Both the position numbers and the translations under genes were made by a program. Under the pieces are notes generated by a model, which worked only from the letters and a program-made list of their open reading frames with translations, did not search any database and was not told the DNA's origin. A DNA stretch of 25,159 nucleotides from positions 1 to 25,159 of the IMG/VR virus record IMGVR_UViG_3300005517_000042; one strand, 5' to 3'. The stretch is from a virus. Lineage: Duplodnaviria > Caudoviricetes. Positions 8,864-16,405 of the stretch are shown here, piece by piece (position 1 is the stretch's first letter; each line of letters starts with the position of its first letter).

Positions 8864-8899
8864 AAAAAATGGGGCTGGTGATGAGCCAGCCCCAAGTTG
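8864..8899. terminator. Stem-loop (intrinsic terminator or attenuator-like)
   Basis: A6, then TGGGGCTGG-tgatgag-CCAGCCCCA (9-bp stem). The U-tract is on the minus strand; the plus-strand tail is weak. Confidence 0.5.
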
Positions 8900-8918
8900 T
8901 TCACGGGAGGAAAACGAC

Positions 8919-9911
8919 ATGGCACGACTGCCGGAAACGATCATAGCCGATATAAGCGCCGTTACAAGCCTGATTGATGCGCACCACGCAGCCAAGCCTG
9001 ATCGGCCACGCCCGCACCTTGGCGCGTCCCTGCTTGGCCACCACTGCGACCGCTGGCTATGGCTATCGTTCCGGTGGGCATCCCGCGAGGAGTTTGAAGG
9101 CCGCATTCTGCGCCTCTTCCGCCGTGGCCATAGCGAGGAAGCCACCATAATTGCTGACCTCCGCGCTGTTGGCGTTGACGTGCGCGGCACACAAGCCCGC
9201 GTGGACTTCGGCGCGCACGTATCTGGGTCAATCGACGGCGTGGCCGAGAGCGGCATTCCAGAGGCACCAAAGACGCCGCATCTGCTGGAGTATAAGACGC
9301 ACGCGCTCAAGTCGTTCAACGATATGACGGCAAAGGGTGTGCGCGCCAGCAAGCCGATGCACTACACGCAGATGCAAGTGTATATGTTGGGCATGGGGCT
9401 GACGCGGGCGCTATACGTGGCCGTCTGCAAGGACGATGACCGCATCCACGCAGAGCGAGTTCGCTACGACAAGGAACACGCCGAACGCGCTGTAGCACGC
9501 GGACGAGCCATTACGCTGGCCGAACGTATGCCGCCGCCGATCAGCACCGATCCAACGTGGTATCAGTGCCGCTTCTGCCCGGCGCACGCGATGTGCCACA
9601 AGGCGGCACCGACAAAAGAGGTCAACTGTCGCACTTGCGCGCACGCTACGCCGCTGGAAGATTCCACGTGGCATTGCGCCCGGTGGGACATGGCGATTCC
9701 AACCGATGCCCAATACAATGGCTGCGACGACCACGTATTCCATCCGGACGTAGTGCCGTGGAAGATGGAAGGCAGCGATGATGGCTTGTCGGTCACTTGG
9801 CTGATCGGCCAGAGCCGGCTGCGCAACGGTGTTGGTGGGATGAAGTCACGCCAGTTGCTTGATGAGACGGTGCAGGCGCTTGCCGAGGCGTTCAAGGTGG
9901 AGGCGGGATAA
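8919..9911 (+). CDS. Cas4-like PD-(D/E)xK exonuclease with Cys clusters
   Basis: HLGASLLGHHCDR, GSIDG, LEYKT, QMQVYM, CRFCP..MC, then CRTC..C..C. Confidence 0.85.
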   Translation: MARLPETIIADISAVTSLIDAHHAAKPDRPRPHLGASLLGHHCDRWLWLSFRWASREEFEGRILRLFRRGHSEEATIIADLRAVGVDVRGTQARVDFGAHVSGSIDGVAESGIPEAPKTPHLLEYKTHALKSFNDMTAKGVRASKPMHYTQMQVYMLGMGLTRALYVAVCKDDDRIHAERVRYDKEHAERAVARGRAITLAERMPPPISTDPTWYQCRFCPAHAMCHKAAPTKEVNCRTCAHATPLEDSTWHCARWDMAIPTDAQYNGCDDHVFHPDVVPWKMEGSDDGLSVTWLIGQSRLRNGVGGMKSRQLLDETVQALAEAFKVEAG

Positions 9912-10507
9912 TGTACACAGTCCACAGCATTTTTCACACTGTACAAGGCGAAGGCATCCATAGCGGTAAATCAGCCGTGTTTGTGCGATTTGCGGGGTGC
10001 AACCTTTGGAGCGGGCGCGAACAACACCGGACAAACGCAATTTGCCAGTTCTGCGACACGCAGTTTGTCGGTGGTCAGCGCATGACGCGCCAGCAGATCA
10101 TTGACGAAGTTTCGCGTTATCCAGGCATGGTGGTTTTTACTGGTGGTGAACCGGCCTTGCAGCTTGATGCGGAGTTAGTGCGCGCGTTGCAACAGCGCCG
10201 CCGTTTTGTCGCCATAGAAACAAACGGCACCCGCCCGATTCCATCTATGTTAGATTGGGTGTGTGTCAGCCCCAAGGCGGGAACCACAATTGTGGTAAAC
10301 CGCGCCGACGAATTAAAACTCGTATATCCGCAAACCGGCATGGAGCCGTGGCTGGCATCAGCACATGTACGCGCGCCGCATCAGTGGTTGTCACCGATGG
10401 ATGGGCCAGACTGGCAGGCAAACGTCAGCGCGGCGGTTGCATACGCTAAAATGGACGCCCGCTGGCGGGTCAACATTCAGGCCCACAAGTTTTGGGGGGT
10501 TGAATGA
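9911..10507 (+). CDS. queE: 7-carboxy-7-deazaguanine synthase (radical SAM)
   Basis: IFHTVQGEG, VFVRFAGCNLWSG, CX14CX2C cluster motif (Burkholderia-type QueE), TGGEP, IETNG, VSPK, QAHK. Confidence 0.95.
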   Translation: MYTVHSIFHTVQGEGIHSGKSAVFVRFAGCNLWSGREQHRTNAICQFCDTQFVGGQRMTRQQIIDEVSRYPGMVVFTGGEPALQLDAELVRALQQRRRFVAIETNGTRPIPSMLDWVCVSPKAGTTIVVNRADELKLVYPQTGMEPWLASAHVRAPHQWLSPMDGPDWQANVSAAVAYAKMDARWRVNIQAHKFWGVE

Positions 10508-10806
10508 AACTTACCGGAGTCTCCGGCGTTATCAGCGCCGCCCACTATAGCCGCGACGGTGTTTTGCATGGCCATACATGGCAAGTCGTGGTGTGGTTTC
10601 ATGCAAATGGCGATATAACTCTTGACGCAGAACGCCGCAAACGGATGTTGGCCGAATATCTTTCCCGGTTTGACCATTCAATTTTACCTGATGAACTGGC
10701 ATGGGGTGAGGATTTGGCCGAGAGGATTGGGCTGGATACGCGTGCCGCTGCCGTAGACGTTTCGCGCCCGTTGGAGGGCATTTACGCAAAGTGGGTGCGT
10801 GAATGA
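10504..10806 (+). CDS. queD: Atypical short QueD/PTPS-like T-fold protein
   Basis: SAAH...LHGHTW Zn ligands, FDHSIL, GEDLA; coupled to queE. The Cys of CxxxHGH is replaced by Asp. Confidence 0.72.
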   Translation: MKLTGVSGVISAAHYSRDGVLHGHTWQVVVWFHANGDITLDAERRKRMLAEYLSRFDHSILPDELAWGEDLAERIGLDTRAAAVDVSRPLEGIYAKWVRE

Positions 10807-11486
10807 CGATCCACTATCACGGAACGCCGATCACGCCTGTTGCCGTATTCATGACCATGACTGGCAAGCATTTCTGCGTGTCGCACGCCTACCCTCAAGA
10901 CGTAGAACGGGCGCACCGGATCGGTCAAAGCGTCATGCTGGACAATGGAGCGTTTTCCAAGTGGCGCACTGGCAAAGCCACTGATTGGGCTGCGTATTAC
11001 AATTGGGCAGACAAGTGGCTTGATTACCCGACCACATGGGCAGTGATACCAGACGAAATCGCGGGCGATGAAGCAGCGCAAGACGCACTGATCGAGCAAT
11101 GGCCGCACAGTGAGCGTGGCGCTCCGGTATGGCATCTGCACGAATCTATAGACCGGGCTTTGTGTCTGCTCGACGAGTGGCCGCGCGTTTGCTTTGGATC
11201 GTCTGCGGAATATTCCCATGTTGGCGGGCCAGGTTGGCGCAGGCGTATGGATGAGGCTTTTAACGCCATTGCCAAACGGCACCAACGAACGCCGTGGGTG
11301 CATATGTTGCGCGGGATGCAGTGCGTGAAATGGGGATACCCGTTTGCCAGCATTGATAGCGCAGACGTTGCCCGAAACCACAATGGCAATAAATTAACAG
11401 CCCGTGAAATGGCCGACAGATGGGACGCGATGCAATGCCCGCCCGCCATGATCGAGATTCAAGAAGGGCTTTTTGATGCTTCGTGA
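10803..11486 (+). CDS. TGT/DpdA-like guanine transglycosylase (putative)
   Basis: MLDNGAFS (cf. DSGxF), IPDEIAGD, PVWH, VHMLRG, FASIDS match TGT-barrel motifs in order; coupled to queE and the queD-like gene. Confidence 0.65.
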   Translation: MTIHYHGTPITPVAVFMTMTGKHFCVSHAYPQDVERAHRIGQSVMLDNGAFSKWRTGKATDWAAYYNWADKWLDYPTTWAVIPDEIAGDEAAQDALIEQWPHSERGAPVWHLHESIDRALCLLDEWPRVCFGSSAEYSHVGGPGWRRRMDEAFNAIAKRHQRTPWVHMLRGMQCVKWGYPFASIDSADVARNHNGNKLTAREMADRWDAMQCPPAMIEIQEGLFDAS

Positions 11487-13050
11487 GTATCAACGCCGAT
11501 CCATCGACCAGCTTTACGACTGGCTCCGCAACAACGATGGCAATCCGTGCCTTGTCCTCCCTACCGGATCGGGCAAGAGCCACATCGTTGCCACGCTGTG
11601 CAAGGAGGCGCTGCAAAACTGGCCAGAGACGCGCCTGCTAATGCTGTCGCACGTTAAGGAGATTCTGGAACAGAATGCCTCCAAAATGCGCGAACATTGG
11701 CGCGGCGCACCGATGGGGATTTATTCCGCCGGATTAAATCGCAAGGTGCTAGGCGAACCGATCACGTTTGCCGGCATCCAATCGGTGCGCAATCGTGCGC
11801 CCCAGCTTGGCCACATCGACCTGTGCATCATCGACGAATGCCACCTTGTGTCTCACAAAGACCAGGGCGGCTATCGCGGCCTGCTGAACGACTTGTTGGG
11901 CATCAACCCCGCCATGCGCGTGATCGGCCTCACAGCCACGCCCTACAGGCTTGGTCATGGCTACATCACCGACAAGCCCGCGCTGTTTGATGCGTTGCTA
12001 GAGCCGGTGACGATTGAGGAACTGATCCACAAGGGCTTCCTTGCCACGCTTCGCAGCAAGGTAACGAAAACGCGATTCGACCTGACCGCCGTTCACAAAC
12101 GCGGCGGGGAATACATCGAGAGCGAGTTACAGGCAGCGGTTGACACCGATGATAACAACATCGCCGTGGTCAACGAGATTGCCGCCATTGGCGCGGATCG
12201 TAAGCACTGGCTCCTCTTCTGCACTGGTGTCGAACATGCGCAGCATATTGCCGACGCGCTTGATGACATGGGGATCACCTCTGCTTGCGTAAGCGGCGAA
12301 ACGCCGAAGAAAGAACGCGAACGCCTACTGGCTGCGTTCAAGGCTGGCGAGATACGCGCCTTGACCAACTGCAATGTCCTCACCACCGGCTTCGACTTCC
12401 CTGGCATTGACCTGATCGCCATGTTGCGCCCAACCATGAGCGCGGCGCTTTACGTGCAGATGGCTGGCCGGGGGATGCGCCCGGCAGAGGGCAAGGAGAA
12501 TTGCCTCGTCCTAGACTTTGCCGGGGTGGTGCAGACGCATGGCCCGATCACCGCTGTGCAGCCGCCACGCAAGGCCGGTAAGGGCGGTGGGGATGCTCCG
12601 GTTAAGGTGTGCGATGAATGCGGAGAACTCTGCCACCCTACGGCCAAGGTCTGCCCCGCTTGTGGCACGGCATTCCCAGAGCGGGAGCGTAAGTTTACGC
12701 TGCGCAATGACGACATCATGGGGATCGAGCCGCAGGAGTTAGCCGTCACGTCCTGGCGCTGGCGCAAAGAAATTAGCACAACCAGCGGTAAGAATATGTT
12801 GACCGTCACTTATTATGGTGCGCTGTCTGATCCGCATATAAAGGAATATCTGACGGTGGCGCATGAGGGATACGCTGGGCAAAAGGCGGTGGCCACGCTG
12901 GGCATCATCGCCAGCAATGCCGGCGCGCAGTTAAAGCAAGGCATTACGCTTGACGGCACCGCCGCCGTGATGAACGCTGCGAAGCCGCCAAAGATGTTAC
13001 GGTATAAGAAAGATGGGAAATACCATCAGATTTTAGGGAGGGAATGGTGA
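11476..13050 (+). CDS. SF2 helicase, RadD/YejH-like, with Zn finger
   Basis: LPTGSGKS, DECH, TATP, LTTGFD, QMAGRGMR, CDEC...CPAC. Confidence 0.93.
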   Translation: MLREYQRRSIDQLYDWLRNNDGNPCLVLPTGSGKSHIVATLCKEALQNWPETRLLMLSHVKEILEQNASKMREHWRGAPMGIYSAGLNRKVLGEPITFAGIQSVRNRAPQLGHIDLCIIDECHLVSHKDQGGYRGLLNDLLGINPAMRVIGLTATPYRLGHGYITDKPALFDALLEPVTIEELIHKGFLATLRSKVTKTRFDLTAVHKRGGEYIESELQAAVDTDDNNIAVVNEIAAIGADRKHWLLFCTGVEHAQHIADALDDMGITSACVSGETPKKERERLLAAFKAGEIRALTNCNVLTTGFDFPGIDLIAMLRPTMSAALYVQMAGRGMRPAEGKENCLVLDFAGVVQTHGPITAVQPPRKAGKGGGDAPVKVCDECGELCHPTAKVCPACGTAFPERERKFTLRNDDIMGIEPQELAVTSWRWRKEISTTSGKNMLTVTYYGALSDPHIKEYLTVAHEGYAGQKAVATLGIIASNAGAQLKQGITLDGTAAVMNAAKPPKMLRYKKDGKYHQILGREW

Positions 13051-13259
13051 TGGACGCCGCAAAGCCAAACACAATGATTACATGGGAGCAGTCACGTCCT
13101 AAGCTGTGCTGGGATTGTGACCACTTCTACCGGGCGCAATCGCGCTGCCAATTGCACAACGCAACGCCGCCAGCGGCTTTTCAGGAGACGCCCAATGCCT
13201 GCACGGATTGGAAGACTTACGACCCGTATCGCATCCGCGACGGTGAATTCCCGTTCTGA
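13050..13259 (+). CDS. Small Cys-rich hypothetical protein
   Basis: CWDCDHF...C...C pattern; TGATG coupling to the helicase; GGAGG RBS. Confidence 0.65.
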   Translation: MDAAKPNTMITWEQSRPKLCWDCDHFYRAQSRCQLHNATPPAAFQETPNACTDWKTYDPYRIRDGEFPF

Positions 13260-13608
13260 ACATGTGGAGCAACGGGAGTTTGTAAGCTGGTTTCGTAAAA
13301 CGTTCCGGCCAGTCCGCATATTTGCCATCCCCAACGGCGAACAACGCGCCAAGACAACTGGCGCGCGATTGAAGGCTGAAGGCGTATCGGCTGGGGTTCC
13401 CGACCTCTACATTCCCGGCTGGCGGGTGTGGGTCGAGATGAAAGCGGTGGGCGGTGTTGTGTCGGATAAGCAACGGGACTGGCACACATATCTCCGCAGC
13501 ATTGGCGACACCGTATTTGTTTGTTACGGTGCCGCCGCTGCGATGGAGGAGTTAATCGCGTTTGCCAAGGCCCAGGCGCTTGGCGCGGCGTCTACAGCCG
13601 GTGGTTGA
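13243..13608 (+). CDS. VRR-NUC domain nuclease / resolvase
   Basis: SEHVEQ, FAIPNG, GVSAGVPDL, VEMK, SDKQ motifs; GTG start is uncertain. Confidence 0.88.
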   Translation: MNSRSEHVEQREFVSWFRKTFRPVRIFAIPNGEQRAKTTGARLKAEGVSAGVPDLYIPGWRVWVEMKAVGGVVSDKQRDWHTYLRSIGDTVFVCYGAAAAMEELIAFAKAQALGAASTAGG

Positions 13609-13848
13609 TATTCCGATTTTCCATTCAATGTAAGTTATGCCGACTTTCTGCGGCCACAGTTTAATCAGCATGGCGTCCATGTCGGCAGTCCACCGGCTGT
13701 GTCTTGTGTCCGGTTTCAGCCGACGCCACTTGTGCTTTATGCTATTTACGCTGCGCCCGGCGCGTTCTGCCACTTGCTCAATCGTCATGCCGGTGGCCAT
13801 CCATGCTAGTAGCTGATCGGCCTCGGCGTCTGTCCAGTAAGGCATCAT
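13552..13848 (-). CDS. Tandem GcrA/Myb-like HTH protein
   Basis: Two WT-initiated repeats: WTDAEADQL..GMTIEQVAERAGRSVNSI and WTADMDAMLIKLW...AKRLGL. Confidence 0.7.
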   Translation of the reverse strand: MMPYWTDAEADQLLAWMATGMTIEQVAERAGRSVNSIKHKWRRLKPDTRHSRWTADMDAMLIKLWPQKVGITYIEWKIGISTTGCRRRAKRLGLGKRD

Positions 13849-14537
13849 TCTGATCCTTTAATGAACATATCGCCTTGGCGCTGGGCATCCTCGATGCGGC
13901 GGCAGGCGATGTCAAAATATTTTGGTTCTTGTTCAATACCGATGAAGTCACGGCCAGCCATTATCGCAGCAACCCCAGTGGTGCCGCTGCCCATGAAGGG
14001 GTCAAAATAAACTGGCTTATTCATCCACAATACAATCTTATTCATAAGCGGCAGAGGCTTCCCCCAAGCGCCTAACGGATTGCTCATATTGCGAGGGTAA
14101 ATCTCAACCGAATTAAGCTGCTTAAATGGCTTTGCGTTATATGTTCGTGCGCCTGTGTCGTCTTTCCCAATGCTCCCGCGCCCTTTACAAACCGAAATCT
14201 GTTCTTGCGGATCGCCGCAATCTGCCGTTCCTACATCACCATAAATATAAATATAGTCATGCGTGATGCGCGGCAGATTAGGGCTAACCCATCGACCATC
14301 TGCAAAATGCCAAACCATTTCGCAACGTGGTTTGCCTAAAATGCTTTCAACCTTATGTCTCGATTGGGGGGAACAAAACGCGGCACAGGTTGAAAACAAA
14401 GGCGGCGTAAAATCGCCCCATATTTCAAAAGGGGGGTCTAAAACAACGGCGGCATCGACAAGTCCCAGTGTCGGCAGCACTTCCCGACAATCGCCAAGAT
14501 AAAGCGTTGCCTGCCCAATTACCTCTGTTCGCATCAC
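13845..14537 (-). CDS. Beta-class N6A/N4C DNA methyltransferase (orphan)
   Basis: LYLGDC, DPPF (motif IV), KPLPL, DPFMGSGTTG (motif I), FIGIE, YFDIACRRI. Confidence 0.9.
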   Translation of the reverse strand: MMRTEVIGQATLYLGDCREVLPTLGLVDAAVVLDPPFEIWGDFTPPLFSTCAAFCSPQSRHKVESILGKPRCEMVWHFADGRWVSPNLPRITHDYIYIYGDVGTADCGDPQEQISVCKGRGSIGKDDTGARTYNAKPFKQLNSVEIYPRNMSNPLGAWGKPLPLMNKIVLWMNKPVYFDPFMGSGTTGVAAIMAGRDFIGIEQEPKYFDIACRRIEDAQRQGDMFIKGSE

Positions 14538-14830
14538 GCAGTCCTCGCATAATCGTGAACATGCCAGCCGCGTTTAGCAGCCACGGCAATATAGCGGGTT
14601 TCAAGCGCCTTGCTAGCGGCTGCGGAGCATTGATAGCCATGCTGTGACCATCCGCAAAACGCCGATGCTATGCCGCTCTCCCGTCGCAGGCCAAGGATCA
14701 CAATGCGCCTGCGAACGCTATTAACGCCGCGTTTAAGATCACGCGCAATTTGATGAGTGCCGATACCGCCGCGAAACGCAACGGAAAGATGCTCATCTTC
14801 GTGCATCTGCCAAGGATTAGGTTCATTCAT
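14534..14830 (-). CDS. GcrA/Myb-like HTH protein
   Basis: PWQMHEDEHL...GIGTHQIARDLKRGVNSVRRRIVILGL; 4-nt overlaps with both neighbours. Confidence 0.65.
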   Translation of the reverse strand: MNEPNPWQMHEDEHLSVAFRGGIGTHQIARDLKRGVNSVRRRIVILGLRRESGIASAFCGWSQHGYQCSAAASKALETRYIAVAAKRGWHVHDYARTA

Positions 14831-15039
14831 TTGTCTACACCCCGTTCAAAAATCATCAGTTCCATGTCCAACTGCTCCATAACCTTCTCCAAGATGCGCA
14901 GCGACGGCAACTTGCCAGCACGCATGTTGGTGATTGCCCGCGTGCTAACGCCGGCAGCCTGGGCCAGTTCGGTAATCAACCATTCGCGCTCATCCATTGC
15001 GTAAATGAGCCAGTTTCTATCTTCTAATGGGTAAATCAT
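14827..15039 (-). CDS. XRE-family HTH regulator
   Basis: ITELAQAAGVSTRAITNMRAGKLPSLRILEKV; AGGAGG RBS. Confidence 0.82.
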   Translation of the reverse strand: MIYPLEDRNWLIYAMDEREWLITELAQAAGVSTRAITNMRAGKLPSLRILEKVMEQLDMELMIFERGVDK

Positions 15040-15063
15040 TGGCACCTCCTTTTGTGCAGGCTT

Positions 15064-15134
15064 CTAATGCCGCGCATAAAAAGATGATGCAAGCCTTTTT
15101 TATGCTTGCGATACGCAAAAAAAGATGGCAGCAC
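15064..15134. promoter_or_regulatory. Divergent promoter region with three operator-like repeats
   Basis: CGCATAAAAAGATG (15073), CGCAAAAAAAGATG (15114) and an inverted copy CTTTTTTATGC (15095); leftward TTGCAT-N17-CATTAG. Confidence 0.55.
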
Positions 15135-15173
15135 TTTGGAACAGCGGCGCTTCTGCCGTTAAGGAGGAATGCA

Positions 15174-15266
15174 ATGTTTGACGCACTCAAGGCCGGTATC
15201 GCATCTGGCGAATGGAAAGTGGTCGTGGCCTTCTTTGCGGCGCTGGCCGTCCTGATGGTGATCTAA
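15174..15266 (+). CDS. 30-aa single-TM peptide
   Basis: AAGGAGG RBS; MFDALKAGIASGEWKVVVAFFAALAVLMVI. Confidence 0.65.
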   Translation: MFDALKAGIASGEWKVVVAFFAALAVLMVI

Positions 15267-15358
15267 TGAATGATGATTGGGAACCAGGCTTACTGGTCGA
15301 GGCATTCATCATCGGGTTTGCGGTGATGTGTTTTGTTGGTAGTTGGTTGGTATCTTGA
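15266..15358 (+). CDS. 30-aa single-TM peptide
   Basis: TAATG coupling; MNDDWEPGLLVEAFIIGFAVMCFVGSWLVS. Confidence 0.55.
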   Translation: MNDDWEPGLLVEAFIIGFAVMCFVGSWLVS

Positions 15359-15371
15359 GAAGGAAATAGGT

Positions 15372-15728
15372 ATGACGACGACGGATGCGCTGCTGCCTTG
15401 CCCGTTTTGTGGAAGTGCTGCCATAGACGCGCAGGGCTGGGCCAGCACTGACAGCACCGGCCCTGCTTGTGACGATTGCGGCGCATCGGCGGGATGCGTC
15501 AGCGCGTCAGCATCTGAGAACATCGCCGCATGGAACCGCCGCGCTGGCCTCGCTCACATCACTGCATTGACAGCCGAACGCAACGCAGCGGTGGCGGAGG
15601 TGGGGCAAATTGTGGCGTGGTTGCGGAAAGAGGCAATTATGTCAACCGACACTGTTCGCAGACGCATGAACGGGGCATTGGATCAGATCGAAGCCGGCGC
15701 ACACAAGGAGACGACTAATGATGATTGA
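15372..15728 (+). CDS. Lar-family (restriction alleviation-like) zinc-ribbon protein
   Basis: LLPCPFCG...CDDCGA...IAAWNRRA, followed by a helical tail. Confidence 0.78.
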   Translation: MTTTDALLPCPFCGSAAIDAQGWASTDSTGPACDDCGASAGCVSASASENIAAWNRRAGLAHITALTAERNAAVAEVGQIVAWLRKEAIMSTDTVRRRMNGALDQIEAGAHKETTNDD

Positions 15729-15894
15729 AATCGGAGCGGAGACACTGGACGGTATCGCCCGCGCGTGGCTCAAGGACACGCTGTGGACGTTAGAGATGAA
15801 CGCAGCCAGCGCCTACGTCCACCCGGACGACGCGGAGACCAACGCAGAGGACATCAAGGCCGTGAAGCGGTTGCTGGCATTTATCGGGGAATAA
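15718..15894 (+). CDS. Hypothetical protein (58 aa)
   Basis: AAGGAG RBS; MMIEIGAETLDGIARAWLKDTLWTLEMN...LLAFIGE; its stop abuts the stop of the convergent o-spanin. Confidence 0.65.
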   Translation: MMIEIGAETLDGIARAWLKDTLWTLEMNAASAYVHPDDAETNAEDIKAVKRLLAFIGE

Positions 15895-16107
15895 CTATTT
15901 TGGGCAATCCCCATCGCACACGCAACCCCACTTGCTGTTGTGCGCCTCTATCTCCTTTATTGTCTCAGCAGTGTCGGTCTTGCTGTCGTAGCTGATCGGC
16001 TTGGCTATCCGACAGTAATCACCAACGAGCGCGGTCGAATCTGTCACGCAGCCGGTCAAGACGAGCGGGATCGTCAGCGTCCATAGCGGCTTCAGCCTTG
16101 GCAACAT
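15895..16107 (-). CDS. o-spanin (Rz1-like lipoprotein)
   Basis: Lipobox LVLTGC; overlaps the 3' part of the i-spanin gene in another frame; start uncertain. Confidence 0.75.
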   Translation of the reverse strand: MLPRLKPLWTLTIPLVLTGCVTDSTALVGDYCRIAKPISYDSKTDTAETIKEIEAHNSKWGCVCDGDCPK

Positions 16108-16222
16108 TTGCATCGAGTTGCTCCTGGGCTTCCTGACGCCCTTGCGTCCGCAACTTGGCGTTTCCCCATTCGGTAAACACCTTGTCAAGCAGCGACAGCA
16201 AGAGCGTCAGGAGCTTAATCAC
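16019..16222 (-). CDS. i-spanin (Rz-like)
   Basis: GTGA coupling to the holin; MIKLLTLLLSLL hydrophobic N-terminus followed by a helical charged region. Confidence 0.65.
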   Translation of the reverse strand: MIKLLTLLLSLLDKVFTEWGNAKLRTQGRQEAQEQLDANVAKAEAAMDADDPARLDRLRDRFDRARW

Positions 16223-16395
16223 GCTTCCGGCTTTTCCATCAGGAACACGGCAGCCAGACCAGCCAGGCCGGCAACCGCTGCTGAGATGGCTTCCCACTGC
16301 ACGTCGGTCAGGCCGAACGCTAGTGCAAGGCTGGCGACGCCGGCATAGGTGCTTGGTTCTTTCAAGCGATTCACAATCCAAGAAACAAACTTCAT
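16219..16395 (-). CDS. Holin (two-TM, putative)
   Basis: MKFVSWIVNRLKEPSTYAGVASLALAFG...; lies between the endolysin and the spanins. Confidence 0.72.
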   Translation of the reverse strand: MKFVSWIVNRLKEPSTYAGVASLALAFGLTDVQWEAISAAVAGLAGLAAVFLMEKPEA

Positions 16396-16405
16396 CTCTC
16401 TCTCC

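Noticed and set aside
7951-8925. 324-aa minus-strand ORF
   Set aside because: Antisense shadow of two well-supported plus-strand genes.
8919-9911. Cas4-like gene as evidence of a CRISPR system
   Set aside because: No array or other cas genes; standalone Cas4-like nucleases are common in phage recombination modules.
9911-10806. queE/queD as auxiliary genes for tRNA queuosine
   Set aside because: Not excluded but disfavoured: no queC/queF/queA or tRNAs, the genes sit in a DNA replication operon, and the linked TGT-like protein lacks the zinc site of tRNA TGTs.
14721-14736. TTAA-N8-TTAA as a CtrA box
   Set aside because: CtrA needs N7 spacing, and the site lies inside a coding region.
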